64,000 nucleotides of DNA from Macrostomum lignano (GCA_002269645.1 NIVC01002554.1:34424-98423); one strand, 5' to 3'. Positions 41,846 through 55,790 are shown, counted from the first letter of the stretch. Made by a program: numbers and translations. The notes: generated by a model not told the origin, from the sequence alone.

Positions 41846-43971
41846 ACATTATCTTCTTAGGAGTGATGCATGCCAACTGTTCACACATACTTTTGGCATG
41901 CAAGGCCAATGCAAGCCTAATTTTTTGCATGCTATATTATCAAGAGTGAGGACTACATTAGCTAGGTCCTTGCTATATTTGGACATTTGTGAAAAAATGA
42001 AAACTTATAATAAATAAGTTCTAAAAATAAAAAATGCTTTTTAACCAAAAATTTTTTTATATGAATGCAATTTTAGACCTACCTTTGCTTCTGTTGGAAT
42101 TTCTAACATGGTAGAAAATTTAGTACTTAGATCAGGCACAATATCAGGCCTCTTCCTTTCCATATTTTGAAAGGCTACACCACACACCGTTTCAAGAGCC
42201 ATTTTAGATTAAGGACACTAACTACTTATTAGTACTTGATGCTACTAATAACAAGATCACTGCTACAGTGCTACTACTTAAATATTTTAACTGTGCTTCA
42301 ATTAAAATTCAGACTTTACAGCAGACTGACTGCGACTGCGAAAGCATTTGTCTTTCTTACAAATTTATTACTGTGCAAAAAAGCAAAATAACAAAATGCT
42401 GCACTTAATAATAAAAATACTATTTTCTGGGTTACTTTTATAACTTCTGCGATATTTAGTGCCAAAAATGTTTAAAGTCAAGTTTAAGTTTGTTTTACGC
42501 ATGACATAAAAGTTTGATCTTCTAATTTTCCATGAAGTAATCAAGAAGCAATTGTCTAGCCCGTAAATGGGTGCTACCGTGCTTGCTTCACTTCTTTTTA
42601 CTAGCATCATAGCATGACAACATCATAAAGTAAAATCGCTGCTCATCGCTGCTCATGGCCTACTGGTTTGCAGCAAAGACGCCTTTTGACCAACAAAAGG
42701 AACCGCGCTTGAGTTGGTCTATCTGTAAAAGAGACTGCTTTACTTCTGCTCTGCTTACTCTGCTTTACTTTTTGTAATCCGCTGGGCCTGGGCGCACTTC
42801 CACAGTTTTAATGAAATTTTTATCGTAGAGCCCAGATTAAATTGCTTGAATTTATTTTCACAGCATGGGGACACTAGTAATTAATGCCAATGGCAACAAA
42901 ATCAGAAAGTTTTGAAATAAAAAAAACTACACTATTGATATGTGAAAATAGCTAATTAAAATGGCTAGGTACACTTGTTAAAATCAGTTCAAATTGTTTA
43001 TATAAAATTAATTGTAATTTTCCATAGAAACTTGAAATTTTTTCCAAGATTAAATTATGCTTCAACTATACTTAAGCACCATAGTCTGGAAGGTGGCCTT
43101 TATGCCAGAAAATTCTAGCATATTGTTGCCCTTGTTAACAATTTTGGCATACATTTGGCATATAGAATTTTTAGGTTCAACATTAAGTATACATACTTGG
43201 CATACAAAAAATGGCATATTTAGTGAATATGGATATAGTATAGTTAAATATCAACCAAGGAAAGCTCTCTTCAAAATAATTGGAAACAAAGAAAATAAAG
43301 ATGCTATGTATAACTACAAGGAGAACAAAAATAAAATAAAGAATAATAGTTTCTAGCAGATAACAGAGCCTTTAAGTTTAGTAAAACTTTTATTTTTAAA
43401 AAATCTTCCCTTTAAAATTGGCATATAGCCTAAGCAACTCTATGCTTGGTATAATTTTTTTTAATTCAATATTGGCAGTAAAAATAGAATTATCATTCCA
43501 GCATATATCTGCTATGATCCAGACTATGGCTTAAGCATTAGGGTTGCAATTTATAAATACTTAGCATTTGTTCAGTTCTAAGTGTTAGTCTTTTGTTATA
43601 ATTCTATAATATAATGGCACTTTCAACTATAGAACCATTTAAAATTTGCACTTTTATAATAGTATAGCAAGAATCTAGGATATTTCTCTGTGGTATTAAC
43701 TGGCTATAACTGCTTGAAATAGATTACTACATGAGTTTTATGATTCCAATCAGGCATATTATCTATATTTATAGTTAGTTTTAAATAGTTTATTCTGCTA
43801 AAATAGGTTTCCAATATGTAAACTGAATTTGGAGCTAATAATTGAATTGATTTATTAATTACATACTCATCATTTGGCTACCTTTCCAGTCCTGTTGCTG
43901 CACATATTTAGACAGGATATTTTGAAGTGAAATTCCTTAGGATTGATAAAAAATTGCATGCAAACAGAAAG

Positions 43972-46872
43972 ATGGCCATACCGCAGAGTTATTATGAGCA
44001 GCCAAGCTTTCTAGAATTCTTCCAGCGAGCTGCAATATCACTGACGAGCTCTGCTTCAAGACAGACAAACCATTCGATTTCACCTTTGTTTTGAGCATGA
44101 TTCAGTCTGTGAAATTGATTGACATTTTTACTGTGTTCTGTGTTGCATTCCTGTTTACTGGACTGAGGTCTCTAATGACCAGATTTGTGTCTGTGGTAAG
44201 TGATTGTTAGTTTTATGTATTGTTAACTATATTATTATTAGGATTTTCATTTTTATGCAGCCAGGTTGTTCACCTGGCGCAACGCCAATGCCCACAGCCA
44301 GCGCTAGGGCGATTCAGCCCATTCCACAGACTCCTGAGCACATTCAAGCATGCCAATGCTGTACGCAGGCACACTCTCATGCACACGCTCCCACAGGGTG
44401 AACACAGCGGCCCTTAATTTCTAATTGTCAGGCATGTGCACTCTGTGTGCCTTGGGGATTTAGCCCTTAGGTGAAAATTTTAGTATATAGGATTGCACTA
44501 TCATTTTTTTCGAAAAGCAGAATCGAGCGTAGGGGATCGTAGTTCTGTGCCCAAATTTGTTATATGGAATTATAATTATTGAAATCCTATGTATTTTAAC
44601 TTGCAACTACAGCCATTAGCCAATGCACTTCAAGTGGCGGCTGAGCATAGACCGAAGTGGCCCGAGTCTGTTTGGAAACTGCTCATTTACTCTGGCCTAT
44701 GGCTGCAGTCTCTCTACGTTGTGGTGCTCTGCGGAAAGTACGACTTTTTGCAGAATCCGTTGGATATTTTTAAAGACTGTGTATTTGGGGGTAAGTGTGC
44801 GAACCTCTGTGCAATTTGAGAAAATAAAGAATTGATAAAATTTACATCCTTCTTTCTGGCCAGATGCCCAGCTGAAGCAGGCGGTGCCAAGCGACATCTA
44901 TTGGATGTACATGCTGCAGCTTGGCTTCTATGTGCACTCTATTATTGGCACATTGTACATGGATATGTGGCGCAAGGACTCTGTTATGATGCTGCTGCAT
45001 CACGGGCTTACCATCTTTCTACTGGAGTTTTCTTTCCTAGTTAGGTGAATGAACTATTATTTGCTTCAGGAGCTGTGTCATTGGGTTATTGTGTCAATAG
45101 GGTAGAGTTTGCAGGGATGAGGTGCGTGTCGAGAGCGCCAGTGAAATGACTGTGGCCTCTGGAGGATCGGGGTACGTAGACAGGGAAGGAGGTGGGCATT
45201 GAGAGGGGCAGGGAGTGAGGTGGGTGTCGAGAGGGGCAGGGAGTGGGGTGAGATGTTGAGACGGGCAGGGAGTGAGGTGGGGTGTTGAGAGGGGCAGGGA
45301 GTGAGGTGGGGTGTTGAGAGGGGCAGGGAGTGAGATGGGGTGTTTAGAGGGGCAGGGAGTGAGGTGGGGTGTTGAGAGGGGCAGGGAGTGAGGCGGGGTG
45401 TTGAGAGGGGCAGGGAGTGAGGTGGGTGTTGAGAAAGGCAGGGAGTGAGGTGGGTGTTGAGAAAGGCAGGGAGTGAGGTGGGTGTGTTTAGAGGGGCAGG
45501 GAGTGAGGTGAGGTGTAAATTAAATCAGTGCGGTAAAGAGGAGCGGGACAACAAATATGTATACAGCCATTTATCCCTGTTTCAAATTATCAATAATGAA
45601 TCAGGTACCACAAAATCGGCGCACTCGTACTGCTGCTGCACGACCTAAGCGACATCCTGCTGGAGTTCACTAAAGTGCAAGTGTACTTAAAAGATCGGGC
45701 CAAGCAGCAGTGGCAGCTGAACGAATGGATGGCCAATATTGGATTTGTCATTTTCAGCATCAGCTGGTTAGCAAACTTGTTCACATTGGTTGTTTACTAG
45801 AACTGTATCTATTGATTATCTCTACTTTTGTATTATTTTTCACCTGACAACAATTTAGGGCCTGGTTCCGACTCTACTGGTACCCGTTGAAGGTGCTGTA
45901 CACCAGCACGTGGGGCATCTACATTCATCACAGGCATAACGATCACAAATTGGTGCTTTTCTTTAACTGCATGCTGATTGCGCTGCAGATGCTTCACATC
46001 TACTGGTTTTATGTGAGTGTCTGCTTTTTTATCCCAGCATGAGGAGAATCTTATCCCAGTCTGAGGAGAATCTTATCCCAGCCTGGGAGAATCTCATCCA
46101 AGTCTGAGGAGAATCTTATCTCAGTCTGAGGAATATCTTATTCCAGCCTGAGGAGAATCTTATCTCAGTCTGAGGAGAATCTTATCCCAGCCTGAGGAGA
46201 ATCTCATCCCAGTCTGGGGAGAATCTTATCCCAGCCTGAGGAGAATCTTATCCCAGCCTGAGGAGAATCTTATCTTAGTCTGAGGAGAATCTTATCCCAG
46301 CCTGAGGAGAATCTCATCCCAGTCTAGGGAGAATCTTATCCCAGTCTGAGGAATATCTTATTCCAGCCTGAGGAGAATCTTATCTCAGTCTGAGGAGAAT
46401 CTTATCCCAGTCTGGGGAGAATCTTATCCCAGCCTGAGGAATATCTTATTCCAGCCTGAGGAGAATCTTATCCCAGCCTGAGGAGAATCTTATCTCAGTC
46501 TGAGGAGAATCTCATCCCAGTCTAGGGAGAATCTTATCCCAGTCTAGGGAGAATCTTATCCCAGTCTGAGGAAAATCTTATTCCAGCCTGAGGAGAATCT
46601 TATCTCAGTCTGAGAAGAATCTTATCCCAGTCTGGGGAGAATCTTATCCCAGCCTGAGGAGAATCTCATCCCAGTCTAGAGAGCATCTTATCCCAGCCTG
46701 AGGATAATCTTATCTCAGTCTGAGGACAAAATCCTTGAAACCTTGGTTGCAGTTCATCATTCTGCTGCTGATTCGAGTAGCCACAGGTCGCCAGAGCGAG
46801 ATTGAGGACACTCGGGAATTTGAGGAGGAAACAACAAAGAACGCCAATAATGGCCGTCCGCATGATGATTGA
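43972..46872 (+). CDS. CERS1: Ceramide synthase (CerS1/LAG1, TLC domain); exons 43972-44195 (frameshift near 44035), 44613-44790, 44864-45044, 45605-45766, 45859-46012, 46753-46872
   Basis: PESVWKLLIY, RKDSVMMLLHH, IGALVLLLHDLSDILLEFTK (Lag1 motif), WFRLYWYPLKVLY, EDTRE; splice phases consistent. Confidence 0.92.
45200..45515. repeat. ~29-bp G-rich minisatellite GAGAGGGGCAGGGAGTGAGGTGGGGTGTT (CerS intron)
   Basis: Direct reading. Confidence 0.9.
46030..46725. repeat. 23-bp minisatellite CTGAGGAGAATCTTATCCCAGCC/T filling the last CerS intron
   Basis: Direct reading. Confidence 0.95.
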
Positions 46873-48360
46873 TTTTTTAATGTTTTTTACGTGCTGTTAA
46901 ATTGGCTTTTAAATAATTACATAAGCTATTTGTATTTGCATAGCTCCTTAATGAGTAGCAAGCATCTTGTCGAGTATGATTTGTTGATTTATAAATTGAT
47001 ATTGTAATTGATTAATTTTAACTTTATTAGCTAGCGTGACTGACATTATTATTCATTAAAAGTTTTCTTGCCAAAGCAAATGAAGTGACATTAAATTTTG
47101 TATTTTTAATCGTATAATTCATATTCATTATACGAGTATATAGTTTTACTTGATAAAACCCAACTCAATGCATATCGGCTTGGCTAAGTACTTTGCTATC
47201 CAACCCACCTCATTCCCTGCCCCACACAGCCAGTCCGCACACTTGCGCGTATTGCCTTGGCTATGTACTTTGTTCTATTTTTAGACTTTGCCCCTCGCTC
47301 TTGTGACTTTCTAACCCCGCCGGGCCTTAAGCCCATCGGCGTTATCTACAAAGCTTTAGACGCAGCAAAGTACATAGTGTCTATTTTTGACTTGTACGTC
47401 TTACGGGAATGTACATTCATTCTATTAATAGATTATTGTTGTTATTGCCCCCCAAACCGTCCTTATATTAGAAAAAATCCTTTCTTTAGCCAAGGCGTTA
47501 AGTCTAACTACGCTCGTCATGTTTTTAAGTCATGTTTTTCTCACAAAGATTTTAATATGCAATATCTATCGCTAATGCCGAGATATTTTTCAAATATTTT
47601 TTCTCAGAGAAGTCAACAATATTCTGGAATTTAGCTCGTAGTTACTGCATTCCTAATTATCTTATTATGAAGCACTTTTTGAAAAAATAATTATTAATTA
47701 CATTGATAATTCCTAAATATTTCAATATTTTTATTTTTTTAACCTGAAAATTATAGACCTAATTCTGTATTACGATAATTAGACACTATTTAGCACCTTC
47801 AACGTTTCCCCAGGTACCAAATAAGCATCCCTTCTTTCGTATTATTTCCTTAATATCTGCTCTTTTTGATTAATTAATGCTTTCAAATTGCCGCCATTCT
47901 GACGCTACAATGCAGCAAGCACTTCCACATTGGACACAATTTATTGCAATTTTTGTTGTTGATTTGTTGTGCTAATTTTTTTAGTGATTTGTCGTAATTT
48001 CTTTTACGGTTATATTTCTATCGTCCTGTTATAGTCGTCGTTTTTATTCATTTTACACTTTGATTTGCAATGTTTTAAGTATCCTAAAAGCTTTTACAAT
48101 TCATGGCCTCTGTTTTAGTACGGATTAGTTAGTTTATGTGATTTCAAAAATCAAGTGCAATATTAAATATTTTTCAGGATGCGCCTGACAATGCTATGCT
48201 TACATTTTCTTTTCGTTGTGGTACATTTTTATGTACAGTATTGATAACTTCTGTACCCTTTTAAGCTATCTTTTTAAGTTACTGTTTTGATTCTGTGTCT
48301 GACCACAATCTAGTTATTTGTTCTTAAGTTTGTGCCTTCCATTTCTTAACTTCTACTATA

Positions 48361-49019
48361 CCTTTTCCACTCCAAGTCTGTCACAAGTAACTTCAAATCT
48401 GCCGTAGATAGCAGAAAGGCATACATTCAGCTCGCAAGCCGAGCGCCAACTGAATAGTCTATGGTTAAAGCTCAGATCAATTCTGTCAAAAGTAATTTCA
48501 AATCTGTCCACTGAACAGATAACGAAACAAAGGTTTATTTTGAACAGTGCTCTTAAATTAAAGCAACAAATTCTGTAATTCACTATGCTAACATGTCTGC
48601 TACAGTCAATCAGTTGCATAGATATTTCAAACAAAAATATCGCGACGATCCAAGCAGGCCTGTCCGTAACTCAACGTGTGCAGGTGCCATCGTAGGAAGT
48701 GGTCATGTGTCAGATGAGGCATCCTGGCATGCAATTCGCGAATCAGAATGCTCAGTCGCCAGTTGTGCAATGTCATCGCAGCCTGCGCTGCGGCGGCGCG
48801 ATCACCCAGCTCTCTAACCAACATATATATCTCTGACAGATTTGAACTTACTTGTGACAGAATTTATATATAAGATTGCCATAGACGAATAAGTTTCACT
48901 GTTAAAATCTGGGTCTGTCTATAAAGAAGTTTTCTAGTCTTTACTGCTTTGGTTCCAACTCCCTATCTGTTCAGTGGACAGATTTGAAGTTACTTCTGAC
49001 AGACTTGGAGTGGAAAAGG
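48361..49019. mobile_element. ~660-bp MITE with ~41-bp TIRs, TA/TATA flanks
   Basis: tata|CCTTTTCCACTCCAAGTCTGTCACAAGTAACTTCAAATCTG ... CAGATTTGAAGTTACTTCTGACAGACTTGGAGTGGAAAAGG|tata. Confidence 0.8.
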
Positions 49020-49537
49020 TATATTACTTTTAAAGTCATTATTTGTATTGGCGCGTGCAGCAGCAGGTGTTAATAAAACTCCTATTGGCTTGATTGCCAA
49101 CCAAGCTTGATCGGCGCACCCAATATTGATTATCATGACACGACAAAGTATTTTAATTCTGTTGATCTTTGTTGGAACCGTATTTTTCTTTAAAATTTCA
49201 TATAGTTCACTGTCCATGCACAGGTACTCAGTTCTGAATGATAACAGAGCTTCTGTGTCCCTTGGAGATCCAATTTCCAGCTGGCATATCTAAGGCTCAA
49301 AATTCTGTTTTCAGATTTCCGCTACAAAGCACTGTAGCTGCTGAATTAGGCTCTGTTGGCAAAAATTCGGTCAATCAATCAATCAACCAATCACGATTTT
49401 AAAGAGGGTAATCATGAATAACTGAAGTAGGACCGCTACTCCAAATTCTAGCATAGGCATCCTTGGTTGCTTTGGAGAAGTCGGATTTTTCATGAACTAA
49501 TTTGTCTATGGCACTTAGTGCACTAGTTGTACGACAC

Positions 49538-49770
49538 AGGGCCTGTCAACTGAAGCTCATAAAGTGGAGCCCGAGTAACCTATTCTGCTCACAGTGACAC
49601 CAGGAGCTGGATTTGGCAAAAAAAGTTACAAAAATTGGACCTGGGATAGGAGAGAACAAGCATGGAGAATAATTAGGGACTATTATGTAAACTTAAGCTC
49701 AAGGTGGAGTCCCTAATTGTCCCCTCATTGAGCAGAATGACTCATCAATGAGCTTAAGTTGACAGGCCCT
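49538..49770. mobile_element. ~230-bp MITE, Tourist/PIF-Harbinger-like termini
   Basis: AGGGCCTGTCAACTGAAGCTCAT / ATGAGCTTAAGTTGACAGGCCCT (1 mismatch); TSD not preserved. Confidence 0.65.
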
Positions 49771-50359
49771 TTACGCTCGCTTATCCTTCCTCAAACTGAG
49801 TCCATTTCTGTCGGAATCCACCATAGCATTTCAACATTAGCTATTTGCATTGCGAGGGGCTGCTCGCCTATCCCTATCGCTACTGAAAATGAAATAAGCA
49901 TCGATGCCATCCTGTGTGGATATAATTAATCAATTTGGATTGTCCTCCACGATCGGCCACTCCAGCTTGCTTTGCCTAAATCTGTGAGGGCCCCATCTCA
50001 TTCGAGAGCTGCATTATATTTACCCTCCGGGCGCTGCTGCTCTACAAGCTGCATCGTGCAGTCAGCTCGCATTTCACGTGTCGCGTGCCTGGAGGCAGAG
50101 AGATGCTTCTCCATTGCTATCCATTGCTTTGCATTTGCCTTACTTGCAAGCCATTATGCTCGGTAGGTAAATTGCGCACAATGGAATAATAGATGTGGGT
50201 TGTGTTGGACATAGCTAGTCTAGCTCGATGCACGGTGCGAACAGTAATTCTACGATACTTATTTTACCGAGCGCGGGACCGATCTCATCTAAGTTGAAAG
50301 AACCTCGAATCTCCCTAAGAGCTGTCAAGCAGCAGTTACTAGTGGGACACGCAGTCAAA

Positions 50360-52253
50360 ATGCCAGCAAAATCAGCCGAGACAGTCGCCGAAGATGCTGT
50401 GAAGCGAATTCTGAGCTCGGAACACGCCCGGCTACTGTCTCTGAACTCAAAATCTTCCTCCGCTGCGTCCGATGTGGCCGCCGAGATTCGACGCCGCAGT
50501 CGAGGCCGTGGGCGTTGTTTGGCCACGGTGGGGGCCAAGGCGGTCCTGCTGTACCTGCTGGCCAGCGTGTGCAGCACCCTACTGTTCGGCCAGTATCCGG
50601 CTCTATGGCAGTTCCTGCAAAACACCGACGCCTTCTCTCGGGCGGAGCTGCAGGTGAACCACCTGATGCGCAGGATCACTGTCTCCCTGGGCCTGCACAG
50701 CTACGACCTGCTGCACGCCAGGGAGCGGGAGCAGTGCCTGTTGCCGAATCCGCTGCACAAGCGCCGGCTGCGCTGCTGTCCGTGCAATAACCATCGGGTG
50801 GTGACCGCCAAGACCGCCCAGTCCATCCGAAGCCGCTTTAATAAGCTGTTCGACCGCATGGTGAACCCGTTCGCCTACTCCAACAATAGCCAGTCGGACT
50901 TGAACTTTCAGCAGTTGAAAGCCATCGTTGAGAGCGACTGGCAGGCGGTGAATTCTGGATCGAATCGGTTGAGACTTCTGTGGCCAGCGGCTGCTGTGGC
51001 GGCCGGCGAGCCAGTCAGTTTGGAGCAAATCTTCCTTGGTGTAAGAAAACGTTTGACGACTTTGCTATAAGTTCTGATCGGACTTTGAACTCATAGCTCG
51101 CGCTGCTAAGGAACACTTTAGGCTGCTCCACCTGAAACAGACATTTCTGCCAGTTGCTCCGCGGGTCGGATATTGTTCAAATCAATGTATATTTGGTTCA
51201 GAACCCGTTTTAAAACTAATTCGAACAATCTTTGACCCGTGTATAGCTACTGTCAGTAATGTGTATACGAGCTATCTTTATGTAAGCCTCCGCGCCTTCC
51301 AAATTCGACATTGATCCCTTGAAAACTGTAACGCTTTTGTTTTCGTTGTTCTATTTGATGATCTGCTCTGGAAGTTAAAATTCTACAACTAGATAACGGA
51401 TTATTCAGGAAAAATACTGAACTTTTCAAATAGCGCGGGTTCAATTCCAAATTCGATTTGAAATTAGCTCGCGACATTTTTCGTGCAATTCACGCCCAGC
51501 AGGCCCCAACCTCCAAAGCAGAATATGTACTTGTACACGGGTTGTTGATGAAGTCGGGGCCGCTGTACGTGTACACACCCTGCTGGAGGATATTACTGCA
51601 GAAGTATCCGTAGGAGTCTGAGAGCTCTGGGGCCAGAGGAATGGGCCTGGCTGCTTGCCTCCCGGTGATTAATTGCTTGTTTTAATCGAGTGATTAAGAC
51701 GTGGTTTAACTGGGTATTTTCGCCGACTTAAATTATATATTCTGATTTATTCTAAATGACTCTTTTTCCACTTTGACCTGACCAGTCTAACACGGCTCCG
51801 CCTCCTGGCCGAGCCATCGCGTGGCTTTTCGGCCACCTGCCGGCCATCCGGCTGCTGCGAGATACCGTCCGCCGGCCGGACCACGTGCCCGAGCTCACCG
51901 AAGACGTGTTCGCTCGCCAGTTCATCTTTCTAGGCGACGGCTTGCCCGCTGGCGAGAGCGTCCATCTGGGCGACTTAGAGAGCATCCGCGGCCTGGCCTT
52001 CGCCTTCTCGCTGCACGGCGAGGTGTCCATTAGCCTGGCCCTGAAGCCGGAGTGCTGCCCGGCTGAGGTGTCCAAGCCGGACTACCGCAACCAGACCCGG
52101 CGTCTCGGCTCCGGTGATGTGCTGGGCTTCATGTCCAACTGCTACTGGTTTAGTCTGGCCAAGCAGTCCACGTCGGGTTACGCCATCGTGTATTTCGGTT
52201 CCGTTTACAACGGCATTCACCCCATTGAGAGCAAGGTGGCTACAAAAAAGTGA
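50360..52253 (+). CDS. Type II membrane protein with a Cys motif and a C-terminal cupin/JmjC-like domain, C6orf89 (bombesin receptor-activated protein)-like; exons 50360-51040 and 51786-52253
   Basis: TM segment AVLLYLLASVCSTLLF; EQCLLP..CCPC; AW..LR..VRRP..VP..FIFLG..VHL..G.V.I.L.LKPECC..L.SGD.L..W pattern recalled for this family; phase-0 GT-AG join; alternative upstream ATG at 50228. Confidence 0.65.
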
Positions 52254-54407
52254 TAGTTTTGGTGTATTTGCTCTTCAACGATTGACTGCGAGAAAACTAT
52301 TGTCACGTTATTGGCGTAGAGGTTATGACCCTTAAAAGGGCCGTTTGACGAGAATTGTCGTAGGTTGTTGTAGTCCCAAAATGACTCAAAGCCAATTCTA
52401 GCAAAGCGGATTGTGTAGCGGAGCACTTGGCGTATAAGGGCAGGAAACTGCCGTAGCTAATTTATTGTCGAGATCAATATTAGACTGGTCAATATCAATA
52501 CAAAACTTATAGTGTTCTGGGCACTGTCGGCTGCAACAATGGTTTTGAAGTGATTAGAATATGAAGTCGAGTAGCAGGCGAAGGATACAATGGCGACGCA
52601 ACGTAGTGAGTGATGTCGATGAGCACAGTGGAGGCAGTGAGTAGTAAGTAGACAGGCAGATAAGTAGCGATGAGAGTGGCGTTAGCCGTGGCAGTACACA
52701 GTGGAGTACAGAGTGTGAACAGGCTGGCCCATACAGAGGAGCTGTGGCGTGAGATAAGGAGGCTCGAGGCAGCCAGGAGAGAGAAGGAAAACGAGACGAA
52801 AACACAAGGGCCGCAAGAGAAGACCCCCCAGGCCGCCGCCAGGCGGGGGTTAATAAAGGGGCGCAGAAGGGTTAGCATAAAACACGGAGAGTTTTCATTG
52901 GCTGGCGAGAGAACTTGAAATTATCGATCGTGCTAAAATTTACAGACGAACGCAAGGCCTACCAAATACACAGTGAATTAGCCATTGATACAGATTATTT
53001 GCACGCTACTACAAGTAAACGTTAAAATAAACTATTGGAGAAATTAAAATGAGAAATTGCAAGGGAAACTACAGTCCAACGGCCCTTTTGCGGGACCACT
53101 TATACTAGCAACGTCACTATCCTCGGTCAAAAGTTAAATCCTTGCTATACTCACACTGTAATGTTTTATTTATTGCTTTCAAGGAAAATATCCACCCAGC
53201 GAACTTATATAAACAAAAAACATCTCGATCCCTTATACTTAACATTTACTTCAAATTATACATAATTATGTATCAATCGGCTATCACTTGATTATACTAT
53301 AGGTAGAGAATCAAGTTACTCAATGTGAATGTATGAGCAGGATTTTACGTACTTGATCGCTTTCAGTGAAAGTACATAATTATGATAAATTGTGTATAAT
53401 GATTTAGGGGGTAGACAATGATGATTTTTGAGTGCACATGTGATGTACAGCGTGAGACAACGAAATTGACGAAAGAATGGCATTTCAAGTTTGAATGCAG
53501 TGGAACCCAACCATGAACAAAATATAACTATCTGATCCAACTGTTACATGCTACATGTGCTGCAGAGCTTGATGTGCAGCAGTTAATGCGAGAGCCAAAT
53601 GCTTCATTTTTTCATCAATACAGTTCCCTTCCAACTCGGGAAAAGTAACTCGGGGCAGTAATGTAAAATTGAAAATTTAGCTGCAATGTAAGCCTCGCAA
53701 TTATAATATACAAAAATATTAAAATTTGCTATTTGCAATTCTTAGTGGGCTTTAACTAATGGAAGCTGTTAAAGAAATAATCAAGTCTAATAAATCTGAG
53801 GGTTACACTTTAAAAAAAAACGGGTAAATGAGCCCTGTGGCTAAATTATTGCTTATATATTAAATTAAATCGATGTTCTCTCTCTCCAACTCTCTGACTC
53901 AACAACGCCTCACGCACATCAACCCCACCCCAACACACTCTGAGACGGGGACCGCCAAGTGTACACTGGCGACGCTACACATAGCAGAGGGTCGGTACGC
54001 AGGCACTCCAAATCCAATACACTCCCCCTAATGATGCTTCATCATTACAGTACTTAACTAGCAATCTAGCGCCCCCCTTCGGGGTGGCCAATAAGCAAGG
54101 GACGAATCCTTTAAAGTGAAAAAAAATTCTTAGGGAGGGGGCTAGGAATCGAATTCTCATTTTAATTCCAGGCTTATGTACCAATAAAACATGTTTGTGC
54201 AGAATTTTATAACAGACATTGAAATTCAACCATACTTGCCTTCTTTCAGAGCTACTTCTACCAGTATGCTTCAGTACGCTACCAGTACCCTTGTAAGCCT
54301 TGACATGTCAGCAATCCCTCCCCACAAGCCTTAACATATCAACTCCCCCCTTGACATCTCAGCGATGCTCCCATAAGCCTTGAAATCTTAAAAAATCTGT
54401 CTACTTT

Positions 54408-54448
54408 CTAACCCTAACCCTAACCCTAACCTCTAACCCTAACCCTAA
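54408..54448 (-). repeat. Interstitial telomeric repeat (TTAGGG)~6, one unit variant
   Basis: CTAACCCTAACCCTAACCCTAACCTCTAACCCTAACCCTAA on the plus strand. Confidence 0.85.
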
Positions 54449-54729
54449 AGCATTGAAATTTCAGTAATTCTCTCTAAGAGTCATTATAGCACTACTACAG
54501 CATTATAGCGATTCCCTGCAAGCCTCGACATCGTAGGGATTCCTAAATAAATCTCTTAACTTCGACATGAAGCTTCTTTTTTTTACATTACGCTTTTTCT
54601 ATCAGCGATCCCTCCCGTGAGGAGCCAACAAATAATGTAATAACTTTTTTCCAATAAACTACATGTAGCTTCTGACATTAGCCTTGACATCTCATTTATT
54701 CCCCCGTGAGCCTTGACATCTCAGCTATT

Positions 54730-55790
54730 TTTTACATGACGCTTCTATGATTGTTTACATGACGCTTGTATGATTGTTTACATGACGCTTCTTTGATTTT
54801 AACATGACGCTTCTATGATTGTTTACATGACGCTTCTATGATTTTTACATGACGCTTCTATGATTTTTACATGACGCTTCTATGATTGTTTACATGACGC
54901 TTCCATGATTGTTTACATGACGCTTCTATGATTTTTTATGACGCTTTTATGATTTTAACATGACGCTTCTATGATTTTTTACATGACGCTTCTATGATTG
55001 TTTACATGACGCTTGTATGATTGTTTACATGACGCTTCTTTGATTTTAACATGACGCTTCTATGATTGTTTACATGACGCTTCTATGATTTTTACATGAC
55101 GCTTCTATGATTTTTACATGACGCTTCTATGATTTTTTCATGACGCTTCTATGATTTTTACATGACGCTTCTATGATTGTTTACATGACGCTTCTATGAT
55201 TTTTTACATGACGCTTCTATGATTGTTTACATGACGCTTCTATTTTTGTTTACATGACGCTTCTATGATTGTTTACATGACGCTTTTATGATTGTTTACA
55301 TGACGCTTCTATGATTTTTACATGACGCTTCTATGATTTTTTCATGACGCTTCTATGATTGTTTACATGACGCTTCTATGATTGTTTACATGACGCTTGT
55401 ATGATTGTTTACATGACGCTTCTATGATTTTTTATGACGCTTTTATGATTTTAACATGACGCTTCTATGATTTTTTACATGACGCTTCTATGATTGTTTA
55501 CATGACGCTTGTATGATTGTTTACATGACGCTTGTGTGATTTTAACATGACGCTTCTATGATTGTTTGCATGACGCTTCTATGATTTTTTATGACGCTTT
55601 TATGATTTTACATGACGCTTTTATGATTTTAACATGACGCTTCTATGATTGTTTACATGACGCTTCTATGATTTTTACATGACGCTTCTATGATTTTTAC
55701 ATGACGCTTCTATGATTTTTACATGACGCTTCTATGATTGTTTACATGACGGTTGTATGATTGTTTACATGACGCTTCCATAATTTTTTT
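54730..55790. repeat. 23-24 bp minisatellite TACATGACGCTTCTATGATTGTTT; second block at 56752-57360
   Basis: Direct reading. Confidence 0.95.

Noticed and set aside
44261-44397. Extra exon in CerS1 intron 1
   Set aside because: 137 nt would shift the frame, and the protein aligns well without it
48356-48634. ORF as a LINE fragment
   Set aside because: Lies within a TIR-bounded MITE and has no RT motifs
52670-52918. Plus-strand 82-aa ORF as a gene
   Set aside because: Short, no recognisable motif, no supporting splice structure
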